Source: Myxococcota bacterium (GTDB lineage: Bacteria; Myxococcota_A; UBA9160; UBA4427). Taken from it: a stretch of DNA of 64,000 nucleotides. The notes below the pieces were generated by a model. That model made no database searches. It was not told the origin of the DNA and saw nothing but the letters and a program-made list of their open reading frames with translations. Every line of letters begins with the position of its first letter. The first letter of the stretch is position 1. The stretch covers positions 110,927-174,926 of the forward strand of contig CBDCWV010000010.1 in the NCBI GenBank assembly GCA_965223565.1, read 5' to 3'. Shown here piece after piece: positions 38,055-47,559 of this stretch. The translations under genes and the position numbers were made by a program.

Positions 38055-39254
38055 ATGGCCGCTGCTCAGCTCGACCCCGAACTCTTCCTGCCCGAGCCCG
38101 AACCGGCGGAGGTGAGGTACACGATCGTCTCCGTCGACGATCACGTCGTCGAGCCACCCTGGCTCTTCGAGCGATACCTGCCGAAGAAGCTCGCGGAACG
38201 CGGGCCCCAGCTGATCGAGACGCCAGAGGGCCACGAGGTCTGGCAGTTCGAGGGCGAGATCTTCACGCAGGTCGGGATGAACGCCGTCGCTGGCCGTCGC
38301 CCGGAGACGGTTCAGCTCGAGCCCTTCCGCTTCGAGCAGATGCGACCGGGCTGCTACGACATCGACGCCCGCATCCGCGACATGGACGTCGGCGGCATCT
38401 GGGCGCAGCTCAACTTTCCCTCGTCGATCACCGGATTCTGCGGGCGCATCTTCGCGAACGCGCGCGACAAGGAAGTCGGTCGCGCTTGCGTTCGGGCCTG
38501 GAACGATTGGCTCTACGAGGAGTGGTACAAGCCACATCCGGATCGCATCATCCCCTGCGGCATCACCTATCTCCAGAACTCGGAATGGGCCGTCGAGGAG
38601 ATCCATCGCAACGCCGAGCGCGGCTTCGTGTCGGTCACGTTTCCCGAACGGCCGCACGCCGTCGGGATGCCGAATCTGTGGGACCGCGACCACTGGGATC
38701 CGATCATCCAGGCCTGCGTCGATACCGGGACCGTGATCTCGCTTCACGTCGGGAGCTCCGGCATGTACCCGACGCCGGAAGGGGCGCCGACCCTGCAGCT
38801 GGGGGCGACGATGTTCGGCCAGCTCTCGCTCGCCGCCTGCGCCGAATGGCTCTGGTCGGCGTATCCCGTGCGGCATCCCGAGCTCAAGATCGCGATGAGC
38901 GAGGGTGGCATCGGCTGGGTGGCGATGCTGCTCGATCGACTCGACAACATCATCGACCGCTCGGGCTACGGCCTCGGTTGGGACGAACGCCCGGCCGACG
39001 TGTTGAAGCGGAATTTCTGGTTCTGCACGCTCGACGATCCCGGCACGATCAATACGCGCTACCGGATCGGCGTCGAGAACATCCTGTTCGAAACGGACTA
39101 CCCGCATGGCGACGGCACCTGGCCCGAGAGCCAGCAGCTGATCGAAGACGTCTGGGGCGACATCCCGAACGAGGAGATTCGCATGATGTGCAGCGAGAAC
39201 GCCGCGGCGCTCTATCGTCACCCCCTGCCCGAAGTGGTGCTGCCCCGGGATTGA
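38055..39254 (+). CDS. Amidohydrolase family protein (Amidohydro_2-like)
   Basis: SVDDHVVEP, AWNDW, SEGGIGW, FETDYPH. Confidence 0.9.
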   Translation: MAAAQLDPELFLPEPEPAEVRYTIVSVDDHVVEPPWLFERYLPKKLAERGPQLIETPEGHEVWQFEGEIFTQVGMNAVAGRRPETVQLEPFRFEQMRPGCYDIDARIRDMDVGGIWAQLNFPSSITGFCGRIFANARDKEVGRACVRAWNDWLYEEWYKPHPDRIIPCGITYLQNSEWAVEEIHRNAERGFVSVTFPERPHAVGMPNLWDRDHWDPIIQACVDTGTVISLHVGSSGMYPTPEGAPTLQLGATMFGQLSLAACAEWLWSAYPVRHPELKIAMSEGGIGWVAMLLDRLDNIIDRSGYGLGWDERPADVLKRNFWFCTLDDPGTINTRYRIGVENILFETDYPHGDGTWPESQQLIEDVWGDIPNEEIRMMCSENAAALYRHPLPEVVLPRD

Positions 39255-39299
39255 AGCGGCGTCGTCCCCCGAAGGCTCGAAGCACGCCAAGGAGTCAGC

Positions 39300-40964
39300 A
39301 TGAGCTCGATCGCCATCCGTGGAGGAACCCTGGTCGACGGGACCGGAGCGCCGGGCCGAAAGGCCGACCTGCTCGTCGAGGACGGTCGCGTGGCCGCGAT
39401 CGGCGACCGGCTCACGGCCGACCACGAGCTCGATGCGAGCGGTGCGGTCGTGGCACCGGGCTTCATCGACATCCACACCCACTACGACGCCCAGGTCTTC
39501 TGGGATCCGGCACTCACGCCTTCGTGCTTCCATGGTGTCACGACCGTCGTCGCGGGCAATTGTGGCTTCTCGATCGCGCCGACGCGCGAGGCGGATCGCG
39601 AGACGATCGCGCTCACGCTCGAGAAGGTCGAGGACATGAATCCCGCCTCGCTGATGGAGGGGATTCCCTGGGACTTCGAGACCTTTCCGGAATACCTCGC
39701 GTCGGTCGAACGTCGTGGCACGCTGCTCAATTTCGGCGCCTATGTCGGCCACACGGCGTTGCGCCTATTTCACATGGGGGCGGACGCGTACGAGCGGGCG
39801 GCCACCGAGGACGAGGTTGCGGCGATGAGCCGCTCGGTTCGCGAGGCGATGGAGGCGGGCGCCGTCGGATTGGCGACGAGCTTCGCGCCGACCCACGTCG
39901 GCATCGAGGGCAAGCCCGTCTGCAGCCGACTGGCCGAGTTCTCCGAGTTCGAAGCGATGGCGCGGGAGCTGACGCGGCTGAATCGGGGCGTGATCGAGGC
40001 CACCCTCGGAACGGGCTTCGTCTACGACGAGGTATACGCCTTCCAGCGACGCGTCGGCGTTCCCGTTACCTACACTGCGCTGCTCGCGATCCCCGGGCTC
40101 TGGCAGCACGGCTCGGACGTGCACCAGAAGCAGCTCGCCGCCGGCGGCACGAAGGTCTGGCCGCAGATCTCGGTGCGAAAGGTGACGCTCCAGAATCAGC
40201 TCAAGCAGCCCTTCGTCTTCGATCCGGCCCCGTGCTTCGCTGCGCTCTACGCCGAGGCACCCGAGATGCGCTGGCAGCGCTACCGGGATCCCGAATGGCG
40301 CAAGCGGGCGATCGAGGAGCTGAAGTCGACGCCGATTCCCACGCGCTGGGAGAATTTCGAGCTGGCGGAGAGCGACGTGCACACCGCGCTCATCGATCGG
40401 CCGCTCGTCGAGATCGCGCAGGAGCGCGGCGAACATCCCTTCGACACGATGGTCGCGCTCTCGCTCGAGGAGAATCTCGAAACGCGTTTCCGCTATATCC
40501 AGGCGAACGACGACGAGGCCGGGATCGAGCACCTGCTGCAGCAGGAGCAGATGGCGCTCGGACTCTCGGACGCAGGCGCACACGTCGGAATGCTCTGCGA
40601 CGCACCGCTCCCGACGGACCTGCTAGGCAACTGGGTGCGGGAACGCGAGGTCATCCCGCTCGAGCAGGCCATCCACAAGCTGACCGGCGAGCCGGCCGGA
40701 ATCTTCCGCTTCGAAGATCGAGGCATTCTGCGCGAGGGCGCGCACGCGGACGTCTGCGTGTTCGACCCCGAGCAGGTCGGTCCGGGCCAGATCCGTCGCG
40801 TGCGTGACTTTCCGGCGGGCGCGGATCGGCTGACGGCGGATTCTCCGAGCGGCATCCGGCACGTGCTCGTCAACGGCGTCCCGATCGCGGAGGACGGCGA
40901 GAGCCGTGCCGGGAGCCTCGACGTCCGACCGGGACAGCGACCCCATCAGCTGGCGCACGCCTAG
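39300..40964 (+). CDS. N-acyl-D-amino-acid deacylase family amidohydrolase
   Basis: APGFIDIHTHYD, GNCGFS, LSDAGAH, ADVCVFDP. Confidence 0.9.
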   Translation: MSSIAIRGGTLVDGTGAPGRKADLLVEDGRVAAIGDRLTADHELDASGAVVAPGFIDIHTHYDAQVFWDPALTPSCFHGVTTVVAGNCGFSIAPTREADRETIALTLEKVEDMNPASLMEGIPWDFETFPEYLASVERRGTLLNFGAYVGHTALRLFHMGADAYERAATEDEVAAMSRSVREAMEAGAVGLATSFAPTHVGIEGKPVCSRLAEFSEFEAMARELTRLNRGVIEATLGTGFVYDEVYAFQRRVGVPVTYTALLAIPGLWQHGSDVHQKQLAAGGTKVWPQISVRKVTLQNQLKQPFVFDPAPCFAALYAEAPEMRWQRYRDPEWRKRAIEELKSTPIPTRWENFELAESDVHTALIDRPLVEIAQERGEHPFDTMVALSLEENLETRFRYIQANDDEAGIEHLLQQEQMALGLSDAGAHVGMLCDAPLPTDLLGNWVREREVIPLEQAIHKLTGEPAGIFRFEDRGILREGAHADVCVFDPEQVGPGQIRRVRDFPAGADRLTADSPSGIRHVLVNGVPIAEDGESRAGSLDVRPGQRPHQLAHA

Positions 40965-40966
40965 CC

Positions 40967-41878
40967 ATGTCCTCCAGCCAGCCGCCCCAGGACCCCGTCA
41001 TCATCGAGGTCGCGCTCAATGGCGCTACGCCGACGGAGCGAAACCCGCACTCACCCCAGACGCAGGCTGCGCTCGTGGCGGACGCCTTGCGCTGTATCGA
41101 GGCCGGAGCGGCCATCGTACACACCCACGCGCCGGACATCACGCTCGGAGGCGAGGCGGGTGCCGAGCAATACCTCGCTCATTTCGAGCCCGTACACGAG
41201 CGTCATCCCGAAGCGATCCTGTATCCGACGATCGTTTTCGGCGATACGATCGAGGCCAAGACGAGCCACATCGAGCCCTTGGCTACGCGCTATCCGCTCC
41301 GGATGGGCTTCGTCGATCCCGGCTCCCTGAACCTGACGCCGACGAGGGAAGACGGGCTTCCGGAGCCGGCCGACTGGGTCTACGCAAACTCGCCAGCCGA
41401 CGTCGCGTACAAGTTCGCACTCTGCGAGCGACTCGGACTGGGACCGGGAATGGCGATCTTCGAGCCGGGATTCCTGCGCGCGGCGCTCGCCTATCATGCA
41501 GCGGGTGCGATGCCGCAGGGCGCCTTCCTGCGCTTCTACTTCGGGGGCGAAGGAAGCTATCGGGGCGGCGATGCCGTCGATCTGCTCTTCGGCATGCCGC
41601 CGCGACCCGCCTCGCTCGACGTCTACCTCGACATGTTGGGCGAGACGCCGCTGCCCTGGTCGATCGCGGTCGTCTCGGGTGACCTCGCGGAGGGGGATCT
41701 CGCGCGGCATGCGCTCGAGCGGGGTGGACACCTGCGCGTCGGTCTCGAGGACTTCGCTGGGACGCGCATGCCCGACAATCTCCAGCTCGTCGAAGAGGCG
41801 GTCGAGCTGTGTGCGTCCGTCGGTCGACCCGTCGCGAGTGCGGCAGAGACGGCGAAGATCCTCAACCTGCCACGTTGA
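40967..41878 (+). CDS. Beta-keto acid cleavage enzyme family (BKACE/DUF849)
   Basis: IEVALNG, AGAAIVHTH, DPGSLN, RVGLED. Confidence 0.88.
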   Translation: MSSSQPPQDPVIIEVALNGATPTERNPHSPQTQAALVADALRCIEAGAAIVHTHAPDITLGGEAGAEQYLAHFEPVHERHPEAILYPTIVFGDTIEAKTSHIEPLATRYPLRMGFVDPGSLNLTPTREDGLPEPADWVYANSPADVAYKFALCERLGLGPGMAIFEPGFLRAALAYHAAGAMPQGAFLRFYFGGEGSYRGGDAVDLLFGMPPRPASLDVYLDMLGETPLPWSIAVVSGDLAEGDLARHALERGGHLRVGLEDFAGTRMPDNLQLVEEAVELCASVGRPVASAAETAKILNLPR

Positions 41879-41981
41879 GGCGTCGGAGGCCGCGAGGATT
41901 CCGGATCGCTGCCACGATGCTCCGCGATCGGACGGCCGCGGCAGCCTCAAGCGGCCCGACCGGGGACCCGACGATTCCATC

Positions 41982-42728
41982 ATGACGACGAGCCTTGCCG
42001 AGCATGCGCGAGAGGGACACGGCTGGTGGCCCTACGTCGTTCCGTATGCCGCCTTCCTGTTGATGTCGGAGCTCGGGGCGCGACTGCCCGACGGCGCGGA
42101 CCCCATCCTGCTGGCGCTGAAGCCCAGCATCGTGCTCGGGCTCATCCTGTGGTTCCGCGCGCGCGGAGCCTATCCCGAGTGGCGCGGGCAGGGCGCACGA
42201 ATCGGCTGGCTGGGCGGGGCGCTCGACGTCTTGGTCGGCCTGGCGCTCACGATCGTCTGGGTCGCGCCCTTCCTGCTGATCCCGGCGCTGCGTCCGGAGC
42301 CCGGCGGAGAATTCGATCCCGCCATGGCCGGTGAGCGCTGGATTCCGTTGGTGCTCGGCCTGCGACTGTTCGGCTACGCGATCGTGACGCCGCTCTTCGA
42401 AGAGCTCTTCATTCGCAGCTTCGTCATGCGGATGGCCGACGCCTGGGAGGTCCAGGATTTTCGTGATCTGCCGATCGCCCGCTACTCGCTTCGCAGCATG
42501 CTCGTCACGATCGTCATCTTCACGGCAGGCCACGTGCCCTGGGAGTGGTGGGTCTGTGTGCCGTGGGTCTTCCTGTCGAACCTCTGGTTCTACTACCGCA
42601 AGAGCCTATCGTCCGTCATGCTCGTACACGGCGTTACGAACGCTGCGCTCCTCGCGCTCGCGGTCTGGGGTGGTGCGCTCTTCGAGAATCCCGATGGCTC
42701 GGCATTCTCGTTCTGGTTCTTCGTCTAG
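41982..42728 (+). CDS. CAAX prenyl protease-related intramembrane protease (CPBP family)
   Basis: Multi-TM, PLFEELFIRS, H..TN (HGVTN). Confidence 0.82.
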   Translation: MTTSLAEHAREGHGWWPYVVPYAAFLLMSELGARLPDGADPILLALKPSIVLGLILWFRARGAYPEWRGQGARIGWLGGALDVLVGLALTIVWVAPFLLIPALRPEPGGEFDPAMAGERWIPLVLGLRLFGYAIVTPLFEELFIRSFVMRMADAWEVQDFRDLPIARYSLRSMLVTIVIFTAGHVPWEWWVCVPWVFLSNLWFYYRKSLSSVMLVHGVTNAALLALAVWGGALFENPDGSAFSFWFFV

Positions 42729-43078
42729 GCGGCGCCGCGATGGCCCTGTCGGATCCGCTGGGCCAGCTCCGTCAGCTCGATGATCGTCTCCTGCAGGTCG
42801 GCGGGTGCATCGTCTTCGGCCGCCATCGCCACGCCCTTCGCGCTCATCGCCATGCCCGGGTAACCGAGCCGATCCGCGTGCTGCGAGAGCGTACGCGCGA
42901 GCTGAGCCACCTCGTCGGGCTTGCGCGCGAGCTCGGCATCCTGGATCGCGTCGATGCGTTCCGCGAGTCCGATCACGAAGCGATCGATTTCCTCTGCGAG
43001 CTCGACGACGTCTTCCTGGGTCGACCGGATGGGCGGCTTTCGTTCGAACATGTTGCGGGCGTCATCGGCCAACGCCAC
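42725..43078 (-). CDS. Hpt-like four-helix protein lacking canonical His
   Basis: Pattern EIDRFV..LAERIDAIQ...LARTLS..A..LGYP resembles stand-alone Hpt. Confidence 0.55.
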   Translation of the reverse strand: MALADDARNMFERKPPIRSTQEDVVELAEEIDRFVIGLAERIDAIQDAELARKPDEVAQLARTLSQHADRLGYPGMAMSAKGVAMAAEDDAPADLQETIIELTELAQRIRQGHRGAA

Positions 43079-43190
43079 GAGAAACTAGAGCCACGCCGCG
43101 TTGCGCGATGCGGCGAACGCCGGCGGCGGTCTGCTCACTCCGGGCCGGACGTGCGTGGCGCGTGCCGGCGATCTGCCGCAGGCTTGCCGG

Positions 43191-43487
43191 ATGTTCTGTC
43201 ACGCCTGCCAGACGGAGTTTCCACTCGCGGCCGGAGAGACGGTCGGCTTCCGAGAGAGCTGCGATCGCTGTCGCGCGGATCTACACGTCTGTCTGAATTG
43301 CGCGCACTACGACCCGTCGGCCTACAACGAATGCCGCGAGCCGAATGCAGAGCGCGTGCTCGACCGCGACCGCGCCAATCGATGTGACTATTTCCGACCC
43401 GATGCGAGCGGGGGCGGGGCGAGCGACTCGGATGGGGGCCGGGCGGAGGCGCTCGCCGATCTGGAAAATCTCTTCAAGAAGGGCTAG
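43191..43487 (+). CDS. Small Cys-rich metal-binding hypothetical protein
   Basis: CHAC, CDRC, CLNC, NECRE, NRCDYF in 98 aa. Confidence 0.75.
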   Translation: MFCHACQTEFPLAAGETVGFRESCDRCRADLHVCLNCAHYDPSAYNECREPNAERVLDRDRANRCDYFRPDASGGGASDSDGGRAEALADLENLFKKG

Positions 43488-43705
43488 ATCGCCCGCGCAA
43501 CGTCACGCAATTCGGGATTTAGACACTCACCTCGAGACCCGGATACGCCGACAGGGAAATGCTCGCCCACGCCCCGCCGGGTGGGGTGGCGCGGGCGCGG
43601 TCTCCACGCGGACCCGGAAGCGAATCGGCTAGGATTGTCGGTCCCCGAGAGGGCGATACGGCAGGTGTCAGGCAACCGAGTCTTCGGCAATCGAGGTAGC
43701 CCCAG

Positions 43706-45538
43706 TTGAACATTCTCGGAATCTCGGCCTACTACCACGACAGCGCGGCCTGCCTGGTCCAGGACGGCAAGATCGTGGCGGCGGCGCAGGAAGAGCGATT
43801 CACGCGCAAGAAGCACGATTACCGGTTCCCCGAGAACGCCGTCGAGTTCTGCCTGGCCGAGGGCGGCGTCCGCGCCGAGGAGCTCGATCTCGTCACTTTC
43901 TATGACAAGCCGCTGCTGAAGTTCGACCGCCTGCTCGAGACCTACATCACCTACGCGCCGAGCGGCTTCAAGCTCTTCCTGATGGGGATGCCGCTCTGGC
44001 TCCGCCAGAAGCTGCACACGCCGCGCGAGCTCGACCAGGGACTGAAGCGGAAATACAAGGGGCGCTACGTCTTCACGGAACACCACGAGTCGCACGCGGC
44101 CAGCGCCTTCTTTCCCTCGCCGTTCGAAGAGGCGGCCGTCCTCACGCTCGACGGCGTCGGGGAATGGGCGACCGGCTCGATCGCGATGGGGCGCGGCAAT
44201 CGGCTCGAGATGCTGAAGGAGATGCGCTTTCCGCATTCGCTCGGGCTGCTCTATTCCGCCTTCACCTATTTCACGGGCTTCAAGGTCAACAGCGGTGAAT
44301 ACAAGCTGATGGGTCTCGCGCCCTACGGCGAGCCGATCTACAAGGACCTGATGATCGAGAAGCTGCTCGACATCAAGGACGACGGCTCCTTCCGTATGGA
44401 TATGTCGTATTTCGGCTTCTGCCATACCGACGTTATGACTTCGCCCAAGATGGACTCACTCTTCGGAGGGCCACCTCGACGGGCCGAGAGCGAGATCACC
44501 CAGCGCGAGATGGACATCGCGGCTTCGATCCAGGCCGTGACGGAGGAGATCGTCCTGAAGATCGCGAGCTACGCCCACGAGCTGACCGGTGCCTCGAATC
44601 TCACGATGGCCGGCGGCGTGGCGCTCAACTGCGTGGCGAACGGACGCGTCTTGCGCGAAGGGCCCTTCGACCAGCTCTGGATCCAGCCCGCGGCGGGCGA
44701 CGCCGGAGGTGCCCTCGGCGCGGCGCTCTTCACCTGGCACGAGCTGCTCGACAAGCCACGCGAGGTGATGCCGCAGGACGCGCAGTTCGGATCGCTGCTC
44801 GGCCCGAAATTCTCGAACGACGCCATCCGGGCCTATCTCGATACGGCCGAAGCCGTCTACCAGTACTACGAGAACGACGACGAGCTGGTCGACCGCGTCG
44901 CCGAGCTGATCGCCAGCGAGCAGGTCGTCGGGCATTTCTCCGATCGCGCCGAATTCGGACCGCGGGCCCTCGGCGCGCGCTCGATCATGGGGGACGGCCG
45001 ATCGCGTCAGATGCAGGAGGTGATGAACCTGAAGATCAAGTTCAGGGAGTCCTTCCGGCCCTTCGCGCCCGCCGTGCTCCGGGAGGACGTCGACGAGTTC
45101 TTCGAGATGCGACCCGACGAGAACAGCCCCTACATGCTCCTCGTCGCACCGGTCAAGGAGAGCAAGCGGCTGCCGGTCGCCGACGCCGACCGCGCCAAAG
45201 GCCTCGACAAGCTGAAGGAGGTGCGGTCGGTCGTGCCTGCCATCACGCACGTCGACTACTCGGCACGCGTCCAGACGATCGACATGCAGCATCACCCGCG
45301 CTTCTACAAGATCATCGAGAAGTTCAAGGAGAAGACGGGAAGCCCCGTCGTCATCAATACGAGCTTCAATGTCCGCGGCGAGCCGATCGTGAATACGCCC
45401 GAGGACGCCTTCCGCTGCTTCATGTACACCAACATGGATGCGCTCGTGCTCGAGAACTTCGTGATCCTCAAGCAGGACCAGCCGAACGCGAAGGAGATCG
45501 ACGTCGACGCCTATCTGGCCGAGTTCGCACTCGACTAG
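43706..45538 (+). CDS. O-carbamoyltransferase, NodU/CmcH family (SxtI-like)
   Basis: GISAYYHDS, EERFTRKKH, HHESHAASAF, DGVGE, GGVALN, GPRALG, NTSFN. Confidence 0.93.
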   Translation: MNILGISAYYHDSAACLVQDGKIVAAAQEERFTRKKHDYRFPENAVEFCLAEGGVRAEELDLVTFYDKPLLKFDRLLETYITYAPSGFKLFLMGMPLWLRQKLHTPRELDQGLKRKYKGRYVFTEHHESHAASAFFPSPFEEAAVLTLDGVGEWATGSIAMGRGNRLEMLKEMRFPHSLGLLYSAFTYFTGFKVNSGEYKLMGLAPYGEPIYKDLMIEKLLDIKDDGSFRMDMSYFGFCHTDVMTSPKMDSLFGGPPRRAESEITQREMDIAASIQAVTEEIVLKIASYAHELTGASNLTMAGGVALNCVANGRVLREGPFDQLWIQPAAGDAGGALGAALFTWHELLDKPREVMPQDAQFGSLLGPKFSNDAIRAYLDTAEAVYQYYENDDELVDRVAELIASEQVVGHFSDRAEFGPRALGARSIMGDGRSRQMQEVMNLKIKFRESFRPFAPAVLREDVDEFFEMRPDENSPYMLLVAPVKESKRLPVADADRAKGLDKLKEVRSVVPAITHVDYSARVQTIDMQHHPRFYKIIEKFKEKTGSPVVINTSFNVRGEPIVNTPEDAFRCFMYTNMDALVLENFVILKQDQPNAKEIDVDAYLAEFALD

Positions 45539-45581
45539 CACGAGAATCGACCCGAGGGACCGGGTCACAACGGGGTCTTGA

Positions 45582-46028
45582 ATGAGCAAGATGATCGAGA
45601 TCGATTGGCGTCCGGACGAGACGACGCTTCGGCAATTCGGATGGATCGCGCTGGTCGGGTTCTCGTTCCTGGCAGCGCTCGCCTGGTTCGAATGGCTGAT
45701 CTTCTCCTTCGGCCTGGGGGCGGCACGGCCGCTCGTGGCCGGCGGCTTCGCAGCGCTCGCGATCGTATCCGCGGTCTTCTCGCTCGTCGCGCCGAGGGCG
45801 AACTGGCCGATCTACGTCGGCTTGACGGTGCTCGCCTATCCGATCGGATTCGTGTTGTCGTACCTGATCATGGGATTCTTGTTCTTCGGCATGATCACGC
45901 CGCTCGGACTCTTCTTCCGGCTGATCGGCAAGGATCCCCTGCATCGCCGCTTCGAGCCGGCGGCGAGCAGCTACTGGAGCGATCCGAGGCCGCGCCGCGG
46001 CAAGGAGAGCTATTTCCGCCAATTCTGA
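45582..46028 (+). CDS. SxtJ family membrane protein
   Basis: LRQFG, FFGMITPLG, KDPL, SYW. Confidence 0.8.
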   Translation: MSKMIEIDWRPDETTLRQFGWIALVGFSFLAALAWFEWLIFSFGLGAARPLVAGGFAALAIVSAVFSLVAPRANWPIYVGLTVLAYPIGFVLSYLIMGFLFFGMITPLGLFFRLIGKDPLHRRFEPAASSYWSDPRPRRGKESYFRQF

Positions 46029-46090
46029 GCGAGGTCGGGACGCCCGATTCGCGACCGACGACGCGTGGGAGACCACGCGGGAGAGATCCG

Positions 46091-46294
46091 ATGAGCGACG
46101 AGAAGAACACGAACGAGGACTTCGCAGCGCAGGCGACCGGTGACCGGACGGGACTGGTCGGCGAGTTCACCGACTTCCTGAAAGAGAACAAGAAGTGGTG
46201 GCTGGCACCGATCGTGGTCGCGATCCTGGGCCTGGGCCTGCTCGTGCTGCTCGGCGGAACCGCAGCGGCCCCATTCATCTACACACTGTTCTGA
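46091..46294 (+). CDS. Small membrane protein, DUF5989/SxtK-like
   Basis: FLKENKKWWLAPI...APFIYTLF. Confidence 0.85.
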   Translation: MSDEKNTNEDFAAQATGDRTGLVGEFTDFLKENKKWWLAPIVVAILGLGLLVLLGGTAAAPFIYTLF

Positions 46295-46398
46295 GCCGCG
46301 TTGCCGAGCCGCATGGTGTCGTCGTAGTCGTGTCGTCGTGATCGCGGCCGGGCGGGGCGATCGTCGGGAATCGGCGATCGCCCTGCAGACGACGGCGG

Positions 46399-47250
46399 CT
46401 ACTGGTTCCCGCTGCTCAGGTCGCCGGCCAGCCCGGCCGCGCGCGTCGCGCCCATCGATTTGGCCTTGACCTCGACGAAATCCGCCGAGATCGGTGCGAT
46501 CTGCTTCGAGTAGGCCGAGAGCAGCACGCGATCGGCCAGCAGGCTGATCAGGCGCGGACAGCCCTGCGAGAACCAGTGAAAGACGTTCTCGACACCGGGA
46601 CCGAAGATCTCGTCGTAACGGCCGCCCGCAACCTCGATCCGGTGGGCGAGGTAGGGCTTCACCTGTTCGAGCGTGAGCGGCTCCATGTGATGTTCGATCG
46701 CGATCCGCTGACGGAGCTGGCGCAGCTGCGGGCTCGCCAGCTTGCGGATCAGCTCGGGCTGACCCGTCAGGACGATCTGCATCAGCTTCGCCGTGTCGGT
46801 CTCGAGGTTGGAGAGCAGACGGACCTCCTCGAGCGTCGCCGCGTCGAGATTCTGGGCCTCGTCGATGATCAGGACCGTGTTGCGACCCGTACGCAGGCGC
46901 TCGAGCAGCATGCGATTGATCGCGATCAGGTAGTCCGCCGTCGTGTCGAAGCGACCTTCGATCCCGAATTCCGCCGCGATCAGCTTGAGCAGGTCGAGCG
47001 GCGTCAGGCCGATCGTGTTGATGATCAGCGCGGTATCGGTATCCCGCGGCAGCTCGCGCAGGGCGGCCCGCAGAAGCGTCGTCTTACCCGTCCCGACTTC
47101 GCCCGTCAGGAGCAGGAAGCCCTTGCTCCGCGTGATCCCGTAGACCAGCGTCGCGAGCCCCTCTTCGTGCGTGTCGGATAGCCACAGAAAGCGCGGATCG
47201 GGCGTCAAGGAGAAGGGCAGCTCGCGCAGGCCGAAGAAGCTCTCGTACAT
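46399..47250 (-). CDS. ExeA/GspA-like AAA ATPase
   Basis: MYESFFGLRELPFS, GEVGTGKT, IIDEAQ, LTGQPEL, LRQRI, GCPRLI. Confidence 0.92.
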   Translation of the reverse strand: MYESFFGLRELPFSLTPDPRFLWLSDTHEEGLATLVYGITRSKGFLLLTGEVGTGKTTLLRAALRELPRDTDTALIINTIGLTPLDLLKLIAAEFGIEGRFDTTADYLIAINRMLLERLRTGRNTVLIIDEAQNLDAATLEEVRLLSNLETDTAKLMQIVLTGQPELIRKLASPQLRQLRQRIAIEHHMEPLTLEQVKPYLAHRIEVAGGRYDEIFGPGVENVFHWFSQGCPRLISLLADRVLLSAYSKQIAPISADFVEVKAKSMGATRAAGLAGDLSSGNQ

Positions 47251-47287
47251 CGATGTCGTTTGCCTCCTCGTCGCGATGGGGCGAGCG

Positions 47288-47331
47288 GTGCCTTCCCCAA
47301 ACGTGCCTTCCCAAACGTGCTTCCCAAACGT
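47288..47331. repeat. Three-copy degenerate tandem repeat GTGC(C)TTCCC(C)AAAC
   Basis: Units of 15, 14 and 13 bp at 47288, 47303 and 47317. Confidence 0.85.
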
Positions 47332-47559
47332 AGTCCATCGCGGTCCCGCGCGGGGATCGACCCGGCCTCTGAGCGTGTCGGACGATCGCCGCGCCTACGT
47401 GAGTGGACCTGTGTGCGCTCGGGGAGACAGCTTTCTCGGACGCGAGATCGCCGACCGGTTTTCCGAAACCCCGTGGCCGTGTCGCACCGGAAATCCGGCC
47501 GGACCCCACAAGGAGTCTCACGGTCGGATCTCCCGCGACGGCTCGCGGCCGACACGTCG

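Noticed and set aside
3127-41878. Intact integrative element or prophage at tRNA-Arg
   Set aside because: No integrase, phage or conjugation genes and no att duplicate noticed by eye; the search was not exhaustive.
43706-46294. Saxitoxin biosynthesis cluster
   Set aside because: No sxtA, sxtG, sxtB or other core genes; the triad is widespread outside toxin producers.
47288-47331. CRISPR array
   Set aside because: Units are 13-15 bp with no spacers; no cas genes in the window.
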